Below, one piece after another: positions 40,185 through 52,439 of a DNA stretch of 64,000 nt. Origin of the DNA: Lytechinus pictus (taxonomy: Eukaryota); contig NC_087245.1 of assembly GCF_037042905.1 (NCBI RefSeq), forward strand, positions 20,524,001 through 20,588,000, in the 5' to 3' direction. Position numbers and translations under genes: made by a program. A model generated the notes under the pieces. It saw only the letters and a program-made list of their open reading frames with translations. It did not search any database and was not told where the DNA came from. Numbering within the stretch: position 1 is the stretch's first letter; each line of letters begins with the position of its first letter.

Positions 40185-43100
40185 TAGACGGGTCAATATA
40201 CGACCAAAAATAGCCTTACCCGGAACAAATTGCAACAAATGATTTTTCAACGGTATTTTGTACTACTAGTATTTGACCTCAGGAATAACATACTAAAAAT
40301 CTACCAAAATCCGCATCCGGGAAAGGGGTTATTTTCAAGATGGCGTCCAAGATGGCCGCCATTCACTGAAAATGGATACAACTGACGCATCATCCACCCT
40401 AGAATCCTATTTCGGTCCATATTCCATGGTCTGGGGTACAAAAATTGATTTAGGCTAGAAAGAATTATAAGCCCTCCAATGTACCAGGCAAATCCAAGAT
40501 GGCGCCCAAAATGGCTGCCGTTGGCTAAAAATCCACAATTCATCTAAATTTGTTTTTTATTCAATGGTTTTAAGGGTGAAATAGTACATTGAAACAAGTT
40601 ACAAGGACAGCCAGTGGTCTGGTGTGTCCAAAAATCCAAGATGGCTTCCAAAAATGGAGTTTAAAATGGCTGTTGCTACTTAAAAAACCGACATAGTTTG
40701 CTCAATGTCCAGAAATATGATTTTTTTTTTCTATACCATGGTTAAATGGGTCAAATAATACATTGGGACAAGTTACAAGAAAAAAACAGTTGGCTGGTAT
40801 GTGCAAAAATCCTCGATGGATTCTAAAAATTGATTCTGAAATGGCTGCTTATACTTAAAGCGGACATAGCTCATTTCATTTTGGACTGGGAAATGTGCTT
40901 TTGATGTCTAAACCACTGGTTTCAAGGGTCGATTAATATATTAATATAAGTTACAAGGACAGTCAATGGTCTGGTATGTCCAAGAATCGAAAATGGTGTC
41001 CAAAAATTGGTCTTTAAAATATGCTGCTGATACTTAAAGCGGACAAAGTTCATTTCAAATCGGCCTGGAAAGGTGATTTTGGTGTCTTAACCACTAGTTT
41101 CAAGGATCAATTAATACATTAGGGCAAGTTACAAGGACAGTCAGTGGCCTGGTCGGTCATAAAACCTAAGTTGGCTTCCAAAAATTGATTCTAAATTGAC
41201 TGCTGCTACTTAAAACGGACATAGCTTATGTCATATCGACATGGGAGATGCGATTTTGGTGTCTAAACCACTGGTTTAAGGGCCAATATAATACATTAGG
41301 ACAGGTTTTAAGGCCAGTCAGTGGTCTGGTATGAACAAAAATCCAATATTTTCATTTCATTTTCATTTATTTATTCCAAATTCTCATTAAAAAACATACA
41401 ACATACTTTCTGATCAATAGTGGCTTCCAAAACTTGATTCTAAAATGGCTGTTGATACTTAAAAGTGGCATAGCTCGTTTTAAATCTGCCTGTGAGATAT
41501 GATTTCGGTGTCTAAACTATGGTTTCAAGGGTCAAATGATATATTAGGACAAGACAATGGCAGTCAGTTGCTTAGTATGTCCAAAATTACAAGATGGCTT
41601 CCAAAAATGGAGTAAAAAAATGTCTGATGTTACTTACATAAGGACATAGTTTGTTTAATATCTGTCTGGGGAATATGAGTTTGGTGTTAAAAGCATGGTT
41701 TAAAAGGGTCAAGTAACACACTAGGGTAAGTTACAAGACCAGTCAGTTGTCTGTATGTTAAAAAATCCAAGATTACTTCAAAAAAATGGGGTGTAAATTG
41801 ACTGTTGCTGTTTAAAAGTATGCATAGTTTATTATAAATACACCTTGGAGGTATGATTTTGCTGTCTATACTAGAGTTTACAGGGTCAAGCAATACATTG
41901 GGTTAAGTTGAAAGGACAGTCAGGTGTCAGGTATGTCCAAAAATCAAAGATGGCTTTAAAAATGGGGGTCTTAATGACTGCTGTTACTTAAAAGTGGATG
42001 TACAACATTATAAATACACCTTGGGGATATTATTTTGGTGTCTACACTAGGGTTTCAAGGGCCAAACAATACTTTGGGACTGGTAACCATGATATGCAGC
42101 AATCCATTTCGCCTTAAAATCCAAGTTGGCTTAAAAATGGGTTCTAAAGTGACTACTGTTACATAAAATATCTACCTGTTAGAAATAATCTTGGTGCCTA
42201 CACTTAAATGAATGGGGACAAGTTATCATATTGATGAGTTGGTAACAGCACCCATTTTGATGAAATTTTAGAATCCATCATGGATTCTTTGACAAAATGG
42301 GGTACTAACCATCCTTGTTACTTGTCCGAATGTATTATTTGACCCTTCAAACCACAATTTGGATACCAACATTATTTCTTGCAGATGAATATTGTAGAAC
42401 TCTGACCACTATTGAATGATATGAGTCGTTTTAGATTCCTTTTTGTAAAACCCTCGTGTGTTTTAGGCAAACCGGACAACTGCATATCAATGTAACCAGT
42501 CCAAACGTATTGTTTTAATCATGAAACCATAGTGTGGACACCGAAATCATCTCCTAGGTGGATTTTAAATGAACTATGTCCATTTTTGAAATGTAACAAC
42601 AGCAGTCATTTTAGACTCCGATTTTTGGAAGCTTTATTAGAATTTCCACATACTGGACCACTGACTGTCCTTGTAACTAATTTTCTGCCTTTTGAAACCA
42701 TGATATAGGCAACAAAATCATATGCCCTTGACGAATAAAACATAACTATGTCCATTTTTAAATACCATCGCGGCTAATTGATACTATTTTTTAAGCCAAC
42801 GTGGACTTTTGGACATACTTGACCACCAAACGTCCTTGTAACCTATCCCAATTTATTATTTGACCCATTTAACCATGGTATAGGCACAAAAAAATCATAT
42901 TCCCGGATATTGAACAAATTATGTTGGGTTTTTTTTAAGTAGCAACAGCACTTTTTACTCCATTTTTGAAAGCCATCTTGGATTTTTAACATACCGGACC
43001 ACTGACTGTCCTTGTAACTTGTCCCAATGTCTTATTTGACCATTGAAACCATGGTCTAGACACCAAAATCATATCTCTCAGGTGGATGTGATATGAGCTA

Positions 43101-43618
43101 TGTCGATTTTAAGGATTAACAGCCATTTTAAACTCAATTTTTGGAAGCCATCTTGTATTTTTCGACACACCAGACCACTGGCTGTCCTTGTAACTTGTCC
43201 CTACGAACCACTTCATCTTTAAAACAATCGAATGGAAACCAAATTAAAGCCACTTAAGTAAGTAATAGATGAATTGGGGATTTTTTAAGACTACGGCAGC
43301 CATTTTGGGCGCCATCTTGGATTTTCCTGGTACCCTGGAGTGCTAATATTCACTCTAACTTGTATAAATAAATTATTTTACCCATTGGATCATGTAATAT
43401 GAATCCAAATAGGATTCTAGGGTGGATAATGAGTGAGTTATATCCATTTTTAGCGAATGACGGCCATCTTGGACGCCATCTTGAAAATAACCACTTTCCC
43501 GGATGCGGATTTTGGTAGATTTTTAGTATGTGATTCCTGAGGTCGAATAGTACAAAATAACGTTGAAAAATCATTTGTTGCAATTTGTTCCGGGTCAAAC
43601 CATATATTGACCCGTCTA
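40185..43618. mobile_element. 3.4-kb foldback non-autonomous transposon (Academ-like) in SLX9 intron 3
   Basis: GTG|TAGACGGGTCAATATA...TATATTGACCCGTCTA|GTG; >400-bp inverted arms continuing into oppositely oriented ~120-bp tandem subrepeats; no ORF. Confidence 0.88.
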
Positions 43619-43719
43619 GTGGGGTTTTATGGTAATAAATTGCTTTGGCTTAATGTTCATCTCAGTGAGGGAGATCTAGGACAGGCAGAGGCTAGGAGTT
43701 CAAGAATGGAAAACCATAC

Positions 43720-43876
43720 CTGGTATTGGTTGGTGTATAGTGAGGTCCAATTTGTAGTATTTCTGAAAGCTCAGGAAGAGCTTCATTAAGAGGGTGCATG
43801 TCACCCACAACAGGTATACCAGCTCGCTTCTTGGCATCCATCGCTTTCTTCTTGGCAGAGCTGATGGTGTCCATTT
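43720..43876 (-). CDS. SLX9: SLX9/FAM207A-like, exon 3 (KMDTISSAKKKAMDAKKRAGIPVVGDMHPLNEALPELSE...)
   Basis: Acceptor catag|, 157 nt, phase 1 to 2, donor AG|GTATGG; hallmark VVGD(M/L)HPL..ALPEL motif. Confidence 0.92.
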
Positions 43877-44437
43877 CTATGTAAAATTGAACGTGTACAG
43901 TATTGTTGTATCCGCATTGTGATAATGAAATAGAGGCCTAACAGTGCAACACACCCTGTCTGTTAAATACATTTATATTCAATATATACTATATATTGTG
44001 GAGAAATATTCATGACCAATCTCTTAACTTAAATAGATTTTTTGGTACATCATCAGCACATTCAAATTAATTGTCTGTACAACATTCGTAAATATTGTAT
44101 TGTTTGGGTAAAGCAATTTCATAATGGTTCAAGATTTTGATGCTACCTCATTCAGTAAGGAGGCACCTAGTAACCTGTGTCTCATATCCTTGATGCAGGT
44201 AAGACTAAAATAATAAATATGAAAATGGACGTTTCTCTTCTGTTTGGGCTCTTTGTACTATGACTACCACGCAACTAAATGTGGTTGTTTGGTTGAATGC
44301 CAGTATTGCATGCATCCCTTCAAGAGCACAATACTCTTAATGTAAGATATCTTTTTCCTGACATACACTGTATCATGGCCTCACCGGCTTTTTCATTTGA
44401 GATTTGAGGCAATTACAACTCTTCAATATAAACTCAC

Positions 44438-44630
44438 TTTCTAACCACTTGTCATGTCGAAGCTTTCTTTTCTCCACTTTGGAGAGCTGTTTGCTTCCTT
44501 TGATACTTTTCTTGGACACAAAGGTCATTCGGTCATCCTCCTCTGTCCTGCATGTTGGCAATGTATCTTTGGCTGAAGAGCTGGGAAAGATGCCCTTTGA
44601 TGGAAACAAGACACTTGGCTGCAACTGTCC
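44438..44630 (-). CDS. SLX9: SLX9/FAM207A-like, exon 2 (GQLQPSVLFP...SKVEKRKLRHDKWLE)
   Basis: Acceptor tacag|, 193 nt, phase 0 to 1, donor A|GTGAGT; K.EKRKLR..KWL motif of the SLX9 family. Confidence 0.9.
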
Positions 44631-44696
44631 CTGTATGCGAAAGTATGCCAATGATATGAAGAACAATTAAAGGATTACTCCGGGCTGAAAAAAAAA

Positions 44697-45495
44697 ACAA
44701 GTGGAATGCCTCTGGCGGTCTCACCTGCATCACGCGATTCAATATAGCAGCAGTGCTGACGAAAAAAACTACAAAATAATCATTCACAAAAAACACCATT
44801 CATATAATGATACAATACTACGTTCATTGACATTTGACCTTGATACTTGATTACCCCTATATCCACATTTTATACACTATATCTATAAACTTTGAAAGTT
44901 ATAACAGTAATCTAATAATAACCTCTAAAATGGCCAAAGTTCAATGACCTTAAATGACCTTTGACTTTGGTCATGTGACCTGAAACTCACATGAGGTGTT
45001 CAGTGATACTTGATTTCTCTCATGTCCACATTTTATGAACTAGACCAATATACTTTCAACGTTATGATGGTAATTCAACAAATACCCCCAATTTGGCCAA
45101 AGTTCATTGACCCTAAATGACCTTTGACCTTAATCACGTGACCTGAAACTTGCACAGGATTTTCAGTGATACTTGATTACTATTATGTCTAAGTTTCATG
45201 AATCAGATCCATAAACTTTCAAAGTTATGATGGGAATTCAACAGATACCCCCAATTTGGCCAAAGTTCATTGACCCTAAATGACCTTTGACCTTGGTCAT
45301 TTGATGTGAAACTCATGCAGGATGTTCAGTAATACTTGATCAACCTTATGTACAAGTTTCATGAACTAGGTCCATATATTTTCTATATTATGCTGTCATT
45401 TCAAAAACTTAAACTTCGGTTAAGATTTGGTGTTGACGCCGCCGTCGTCGGAAAAGCGGCGCCTATAGTCTCACTCTGCTTCGCAGGTGAGACAA
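44697..45495 (-). mobile_element. Helentron-associated interspersed element (HINE/DINE-1-like) with internal tandem repeats; extra 5' fragment at ~45640-45750
   Basis: Subterminal IR GTCTCACCTGC/GCAGGTGAGAC, terminal hairpin GCC-tct-GGC next to ACAAG, ~165-bp TGACCTTTGACCTT repeats; inserted in an A/T run. Confidence 0.78.
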
Positions 45496-46019
45496 AAAGT
45501 AAAACAGAATAGAACAGCAAGTTTAAGATTGCATACATTTGTAAAGCAAATACTGCCTACACCTGTACATACATCACTCATTTGATTAATTCAATTTTAC
45601 AAAGCACATACGGTAAACTATTAAATAATATCAAAGTCAATATGCTGTAATTTCAAAAACTTAACCTTCGGTTAAGATTTGGTGTTGACGCTGCCGCCGC
45701 CATCGGAAAAGCGGCGCCTATAGTCTAAATCTGCTATGCAGGTGAGACAATAACCAAATACATAAAGTAATATTCACTGAGCTAAATGCTGAAAATTTCA
45801 TCAAAATATAATAACAAATAACAAAGTTATTAAATTGTTAATTAAAGTTTTGCAATACTTTGTAAAAACTATTTTTTTAAACAGTTGTATGCACGTTGTC
45901 ATGGATATCAATTAATTGAAATGATGATGCCATGTCCCTACTTTCCCTTTTTTTTTGTTATTACATATTTCTTTATCTTTCACCCATAACAGGAGCATTT
46001 ATTTTCAAAAAAATAAATT

Positions 46020-46765
46020 TCACATACAAGACTCAGAAATACAATTGCAAAATAACTGGCAAAATATACATTTCTTTCTTTCCCTTTTTCTTTAGATCTT
46101 TATTAATGTGTAATCTAATTTTAAATTCCTTCTTATGTACGTTTCTTAAATTTATCAATTTATAAATACTCCAAAGTGCTATAGTAATGATATCATCGAT
46201 CTTGTTTTCTTGGTAATTTTTTAACAAACAGCAATATCAAAAGAAAGATCTACTTCATACATGTACCATCTATTAATCAAAATGAGTAATTTGTGAAAGA
46301 AAGGCCTAATCTTCCTTGATATTACAAACTTCACCTATATCCAAGTTATCCAATTGCCACAAAAATAACATCTTCCTCATGGGAATTAAGTTATAAAAGA
46401 GTTTTAGATTAAATTTTTTCAATTTGTCTCTTTCATATTTGCCAAATTTCTCTCAAAGACATTTCTCTGATTTATCACCTACGTGATAACAAAGTGTGGT
46501 CAAATAACTTGCTGGAGCAAAACTGAAGTTCTCCTTTCCCTTCAATGTTTTTTTTTAAATGTCAAACGTGAATATGTGATATCATCTTTTAAGTTATTCA
46601 ACCACACTTTTGGTATCGCCCTTTGTAGTTTAGAATAATCAAACATGGCTCTTGCTTTTGTTTTCTTCAATTTGAAATCTTCTTTCAGTTTTGTGAGAGA
46701 AACAAATTTTCTTTCAATGCAAATGTCTTTCAAAAAAATTATTGTACTGACATACCAGTCATTGT
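46020..46765 (-). pseudogene. 3' remnant of an L1/Tx1-like LINE ORF2
   Basis: Broken frames reading ..DYSKLQRAIPKVW.., ..KNFNLKLFYNLIP.., ..ITIALWSIYK..RN.., resembling the Tx1 C-terminal region. Confidence 0.6.
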
Positions 46766-46767
46766 AA

Positions 46768-49400
46768 ACAAGAGTGTCGCTAAGGCGAGCACATAATACA
46801 CCCGCCTGTAAAGCGGAATATGGAGTTATTGGTCAGGCAAGAAAAGTGGAAGGTGGCGACTTCACCTTTGACTGTCTGACCTCAAAATCAATAGAATTCC
46901 TGGGATCTATATTAGTATCATACACACCAAACTACATTGTATATGAGCCTATAGGTTAAGTTAAACTAAAGTTATCACGTTATCAAGGATTTCAGAAGGG
47001 TAAGATGAAAACATGTCACTGTGACCTTGACCGTTGAGCTCAAAATCAGTAGGCTTTCTGGGGCCTGTTGCATGACGAGATGAGCGATACGTAGGAACGT
47101 CCTAGGACCATTCTTCCGAGAGAGGAAGATTGGCGACAAATCAGCGCTTTCCGTTTCACGAAGGCAATTTTGTCTTCCAAGTCCGAGACATTGTTTGATA
47201 TCGATAGTATCAGAAAAATATTTAGTCTTTATCATCACCTGAACCTTTTATTTTGGAATGACGACTTTTCATAAAATCATATATTTCAATAAATGGAGAT
47301 CAAATAATTTTTTATGTATTACTGATTGTAGAATTGATGTATGGAGCTTACTTTATGAGGTAAAAAAAGAAAAAAAATTCAAAGATTCACAAACATAACT
47401 GGATAAAATCGAATTTTTAATTATTTCCCTTATCTAGAACACGATGCCCTCTTAGAGACACCTTTCATTGATATTTCAATGAAAGAGACCCTTGTCCGAC
47501 ATAAAAATTGATGTAAATAAGTAAATTCGACATTGTATAATATTCTGATTTTTTATAGAATACTTATTTATATTGATAATTTTGCAAATTATGCTTTAAA
47601 TGTTATTTGTTGAGGTAAAAATATGGTTTGAATGAAGTAAACAAAACCAACGTGTCTGATTGTATGAGACTAAAAAGGAAAATATGAGAGGCTGCGTGTG
47701 AAAAATTGAATTTATTTATTTTATTTGTCAGATATAATGCAAAAAATACAAATGTGAGTGTTTAGGGTATAACTTTGCATGAAAATTATCCGAAGACAAG
47801 CAAAATATGAAAATTGCTGCAACAAACATGTCAAGTGGTTAAATTGTGCTTTGCAATATTAATAAAACATAGAAAAATGTGTGAAATAAATCCGCAAAGG
47901 AAAAAGAAAATACTATTTATAGAAAAAATGCTAAGAATGACGATGATCATAAACGTTGGTCATATCTCATTACTTTATGGAAGTTTATATATAAGAACAT
48001 AAGATTCAAGAATATAAAAAAATATATATGTTGAGTCGAGACGTATATTTATTGCTTTGACATGACATAGGGCCTACCCAGCTATTTAAAATGTGCCTTT
48101 TCGTATGGACTTTCCAACTTATCTTCATTGTGATGGATTCGTAAGCTATATAGACCTAATGTATATTTTAATTAGCGTTTTTGTTATCGCAGATGTTTTT
48201 TGTTTCATTCATCATCTCAATTAAATTAGCACAAATCCAACAATTTTCATTGATTAAAATTAATCTCAGCAAAAAAAAATAATATATGATTAAAGTGAAA
48301 ATGAAATAAAAATAGATAAATGATCTTAGTTTTGCATCGATATCGCCTTTTTTTTTTTTGCTGAACGTTATAAACATGTTTTCTTTACTATACATAATTT
48401 CTTTTTGAAAAATTTGTTTTCATGTTGTTTATCTAATTAAAGCATGAGGGGTCAGAGAGATTATCGCCCATTTCGATAATTCAAGTTTGGTAGAAAAAAC
48501 AACTGGAAAAGGGTGGTGAAAAGAGGGAGAAAATGTGAGAAAATAAAAAAAAACATATCTTTAAACAAATTATATGGGCATATAGATTACCCCAAAGAAG
48601 TTAAAATGACATCCGTTTTGCCGTGAAATTGATGACAGTCCCAATATTAAAATAACTTGGCGCCACCCCAGATAAAATGCATCAGAGTGCAATCGAATGA
48701 CGCCCAAAAATGTTTAAAGGTGATATGTCAGTGTGGCTTGCCGTAAACGCATTTTCTCTCAATGCCGACGGTGGCGGGCGGTGTGCAAAGATCATGCCTA
48801 CGGAGGACATGTCTGGAGGTGTCTTTCCAAGGGCCATTCTTCGTATCGCCCAAATCGGCTTTGTGAAACAGTTGAGAGATATCTTGTTCTTACGTAGAAC
48901 GGTTCTACGAAAGACCCTTTCATGCAACAGGCCCCTGGGATCCATGCTAGTATCATACACACCAAATTATATGAGCCTAGGTTAAGTTAAACTGAAGTTA
49001 TTGCGTTTACAAAGACTTCAGAAGGGTAAGATAAAAAAATTCAGTGTGACCTTGACCTTTGGACCCCGACAATCAATAGGCTTCTTGGGATCCATGCTAG
49101 TATCATACACACCAAATTATATGAGCCTAGGTTAAGTTAAACTGAAGTTATTGCGTTTACAAGGACTGCAGCAGGGTAAGGTGAAAACATGTCACTGTGA
49201 CCTTAACCTTAGACCTTTTGACCTCAAAATCTATAGGCTTCCTTGGATGCATGCTAGTACACACCAATTTAATGAGCCTAGGTTAAGTTCAACTGAAGTT
49301 ATCACATTTACAAGGACTGCAGAAGGGTATATGAAAACATGTCACTGTGACCTTGACCTTTTGCTCAAAATCAATAGGCTTCCTGAGATCTATGCTATTG
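46768..49400 (-). mobile_element. Second HINE-like element, split by a Harbinger-like insertion
   Basis: ACAAG terminus with hairpin TCGC-taag-GCGA; ~150-bp repeats (tatcatacacaccaaattatatgagcctaggttaagttaaact...gtgaccttgacc) on both sides of the insert. Confidence 0.65.
47061..48934. mobile_element. PIF/Harbinger-like non-autonomous element, 3-bp TSD CTG
   Basis: CTG|GGGCCTGTTGCATGA...TCATGCAACAGGCCC|CTG (perfect 15-bp TIR); an uninterrupted host repeat is visible at ~49078-49095. Confidence 0.9.
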
Positions 49401-50762
49401 CTAGTATTGTAGAGCCTTATTTTCATAGTTCAGAGAACTTTGTATTTACATGTACAGGTTAGATGCAGTTCAGTATTCTATAGGTCAGAGAACTTTCTAT
49501 AATCAAGTTGGAATGTTTGATGCAATTCAGTTCATCTGTTCAGTCATTGTAAATTTCACTTCTTTTAGACATGGAGTTGACCTGCATTAGATGCTTCATT
49601 GATTCTCTGTGCAGTCATGTTCTCTGTTACACACACTGATACACAGCCCTGTCTTATGAATCTAACACACTCATTAATGCACTGTGTATTATGTAATGTG
49701 GATACAGGGTACATGCATACACTCAGATGATACACTACACACTCTTTGCTGATTGGTCATTGATTTATTCTATGTTTCATGTAATGTGGATAGAGTGTAT
49801 GTCCACCCAGAGGATACACTATTTCCTGATTGGTCAATGATTATGTTATTAATTAATGATTATGTTAATTGTGAGATGATTTTGGAAAGGGAGAGAGGAT
49901 TAAAGTGGGCCATGTGCTCTTGGGCAGTTCCACCCTAACCTTGAACTAAGAGACTTCTGTGCCAATTTTTTAGATAACACCTGTGTAGTTGAACCCTAAA
50001 CGTAGCCATTTTTATAAATTCTTTTGTTAGCGATCAACAACGAGAAACAAGAAGTTGACAAGATTGTTGATCGCTAACGGTAACGGCAAACGTTAGTCGT
50101 TACGGACGCCGCGTCCGTATAACGTTAGCGATCAACAATGAGAAACAAGATGGCGGCGTAAACATTCCGGCAAGTCTCCCCCGTCTTTTCATAATATTCT
50201 TGTTTAAAAATGAAATCAATAGCGTAGAAATGTCGGAAATTAAGTTTTTTACATGATTTACTTTTTTTAGGGCTACGTTACATCTTTAACTTGTTAAGAT
50301 TTACGGAAATCTTGGGGGAGAAAGTTTGAGGTTTTTTGGCGGTACTTGAACTCAGTAGTACTAGTACCGTAGTACATGCATGTACTTGTATTTGTAATAG
50401 TACTAATTCTAATAGGCTTGAATGCAATGGAATCCCTACTCTAGTTTCGTAGAGAGTAAGCATACGTTAGTATTAGTAAATACAGTACGACAATACGCCA
50501 GACGGTGGCCTGTACTTATAGAGAAGAAGAAGAAGAAAATGATTTTTACTCTCTAGAAGCCTCCTGGCACTTAGTCTATCCCTGAGACTGAGTGATCATG
50601 CTGATTCACTTACACAAAAAGTAGCACGTGGGACAACACCAACACGCTACTTGCTGTCTTCTCCCCGGCCGCGGCCCGAGCTCTGGGCGGCTCTTTTTGA
50701 GTAGATCAAGGAAGACAAGAGGGGAAAAAACAGCCTAGAATCCTACTGATATGAATGCTTAC

Positions 50763-50849
50763 CGTATCCATTTCATTCGTATTAACTTCATCTTTGGCTT
50801 TGACTGCTGGTGGATGCAATTTTCTTCTTTGTCGCTTGATTTTCCCCAT
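50763..50849 (-). CDS. SLX9: SLX9/FAM207A-like ribosome biogenesis factor, exon 1 (MGKIKRQRRKLHPPAVKAKDEVNTNEMDT)
   Basis: aaaATGG start, phase-0 donor ACG|GTAAGC; the MGK.....R.KLH..AV N-terminus is typical of FAM207A/SLX9. Confidence 0.88.
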
Positions 50850-51136
50850 TTTCGTGAGTCTGTGATAGATTACCCCTTTAAATTTTCGCTGCAACCACCA
50901 CATGTGCTAGCTGTTTTGTAGCTCGATCATATCGCGATCGGCTCAAGAATGCTTGCTGCATCAGCGAAGAGGAATCGCGGCGAAGTCAAGCCAGGTTTGA
51001 ACTTTGTTTGAAGCTGAAGTTTGAAACTTTGATATAATTAAAAGCTGCTGTTAGCTGTACAAGTTTCATTGCCTTCTTGAATGTACGAAACTAAGGTAAC
51101 GACACTTTGTTGTGACAATTCGTGTCCCTACTCAGA
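50850..51136. promoter_or_regulatory. CpG-rich, probably bidirectional promoter / 5'UTR region
   Basis: Lies between divergent ATGs; contains the palindromic gatcatatcgcgatcg and a high CpG density relative to the flanks. Confidence 0.5.
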
Positions 51137-51376
51137 ATGGCAGCTAAGAAAGTGAATCCTAGCTCGAGAAAAAGAAGCAGGAAAGGAAATGATCGATCCG
51201 GATCCAGCAGCGACATGCAGCAGCGAAACGCTGAGACCGTAGACCCCGTGTCTGCAGGACTGGGAAAGAGTGGGTCGAGCCTCCGCCCGCTGTCGACTGA
51301 GCAATTGACCGTCGATTATAAAGCTGGAATCATCATGGCCATAACTTTCCCTCTTGCCCTCTTGATATTCTGGAAG
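51137..51376 (+). CDS. Probable first exon of an unidentified gene: basic N-terminus followed by a hydrophobic, TM-like segment (AGIIMAITFPLALLIFWK); 3' boundary uncertain
   Basis: agaATGG context, GC/CpG-rich open frame 287 bp from the SLX9 ATG. Candidate donors AAG|GTTACA (51376) or CAA|GTAAAT (~51481). No family recognised and no downstream exon found. Confidence 0.42.
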
Positions 51377-52243
51377 GTTACACTCCCTGTGACCTGGTTC
51401 GTAATTAAAACTGCTCTTGGGGAAAATCTTGTGCTGAAACTTCATTATTTCAAGCAAGGCAAGTTCCAAATCCAAGACCAAGTAAATTGCATGCCGCATG
51501 TCTCATGAGACATGACTCATGACATGTCATGAGACATGACTTTGACAAATTCACAGTTGGGGAAGAGTTCTTTTTTTGAGACATGACTCATGACATGAGA
51601 CATGACATTGACCATGTTGACAAATTCACAGTTGGGAAGAGTTCCTTTTGCAAGTACAGCCACCCAAAATTGAAAGTAAAAGTAATGTTGTAACCGATTT
51701 TTATTCGAATTCCTGATCTGATCCGATTTTCCCCTTTTTTCTACATTTTTCCAAACCCCGATATTTGACGAGTGGGAAAAAAATCGGATCAGAAAAACCA
51801 AAACATAAGACAAAAAACATGTGGTGACATGTTTGCCGTCAAAATGCGCTAATTTGTTTTGATCTCGGACAAAAGCGGTGGAAGGAAATGAAGATAAAGG
51901 AGAAGAAAATTATGATTTGATTTGATCGCCGATGTAATCGGAGAAAGATGATAATGAATTGTTTTGATCTCCCACATATCCGGAGGAAGAAGAAAAAGAT
52001 GATGATGATGATGATTGGTGATAATTTTTTTTGATCTCCGACAAAAACGGAGGAAGAAGAAAAACAACAAGCTAATATATGCCCAGCCGCCATTAATACC
52101 GCTCATCTAAGTAAAAAATCCGGGACGGGCACAAAACGCACACATATGAACACACGTGTACAGTGCTTCGCGAAGGATTTTTTTTTGTTGGTAAAACTTT
52201 ACGCGGTATATATAAATCTTAATTTCACCAGCACGAGTGAATA

Positions 52244-52325
52244 GGTGAGCGTGGCGCAGTGCATAATACGTAGTCGTAGATATATAAACGTTCGTGGTTC
52301 GAATCTTAACAAGGTCCGTTTTTTT
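52244..52325 (+). pseudogene. tRNA-like Pol III module (A box, B box, oligo-T)
   Basis: GTGGCGCAGTG, GGTTCGAATC at 52296-52305, T7 at 52319-52325; the cloverleaf does not close. Confidence 0.55.
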
Positions 52326-52439
52326 AAAGGGGATCGGGGATGTGAAGTATTTCGGTGCTATTTCTAAAGGTCGACATTCGTTTTTATTGCGTATTTCATG
52401 AACTTCAACAACTTTTCTATATTGCTTAAATCCGTATTT

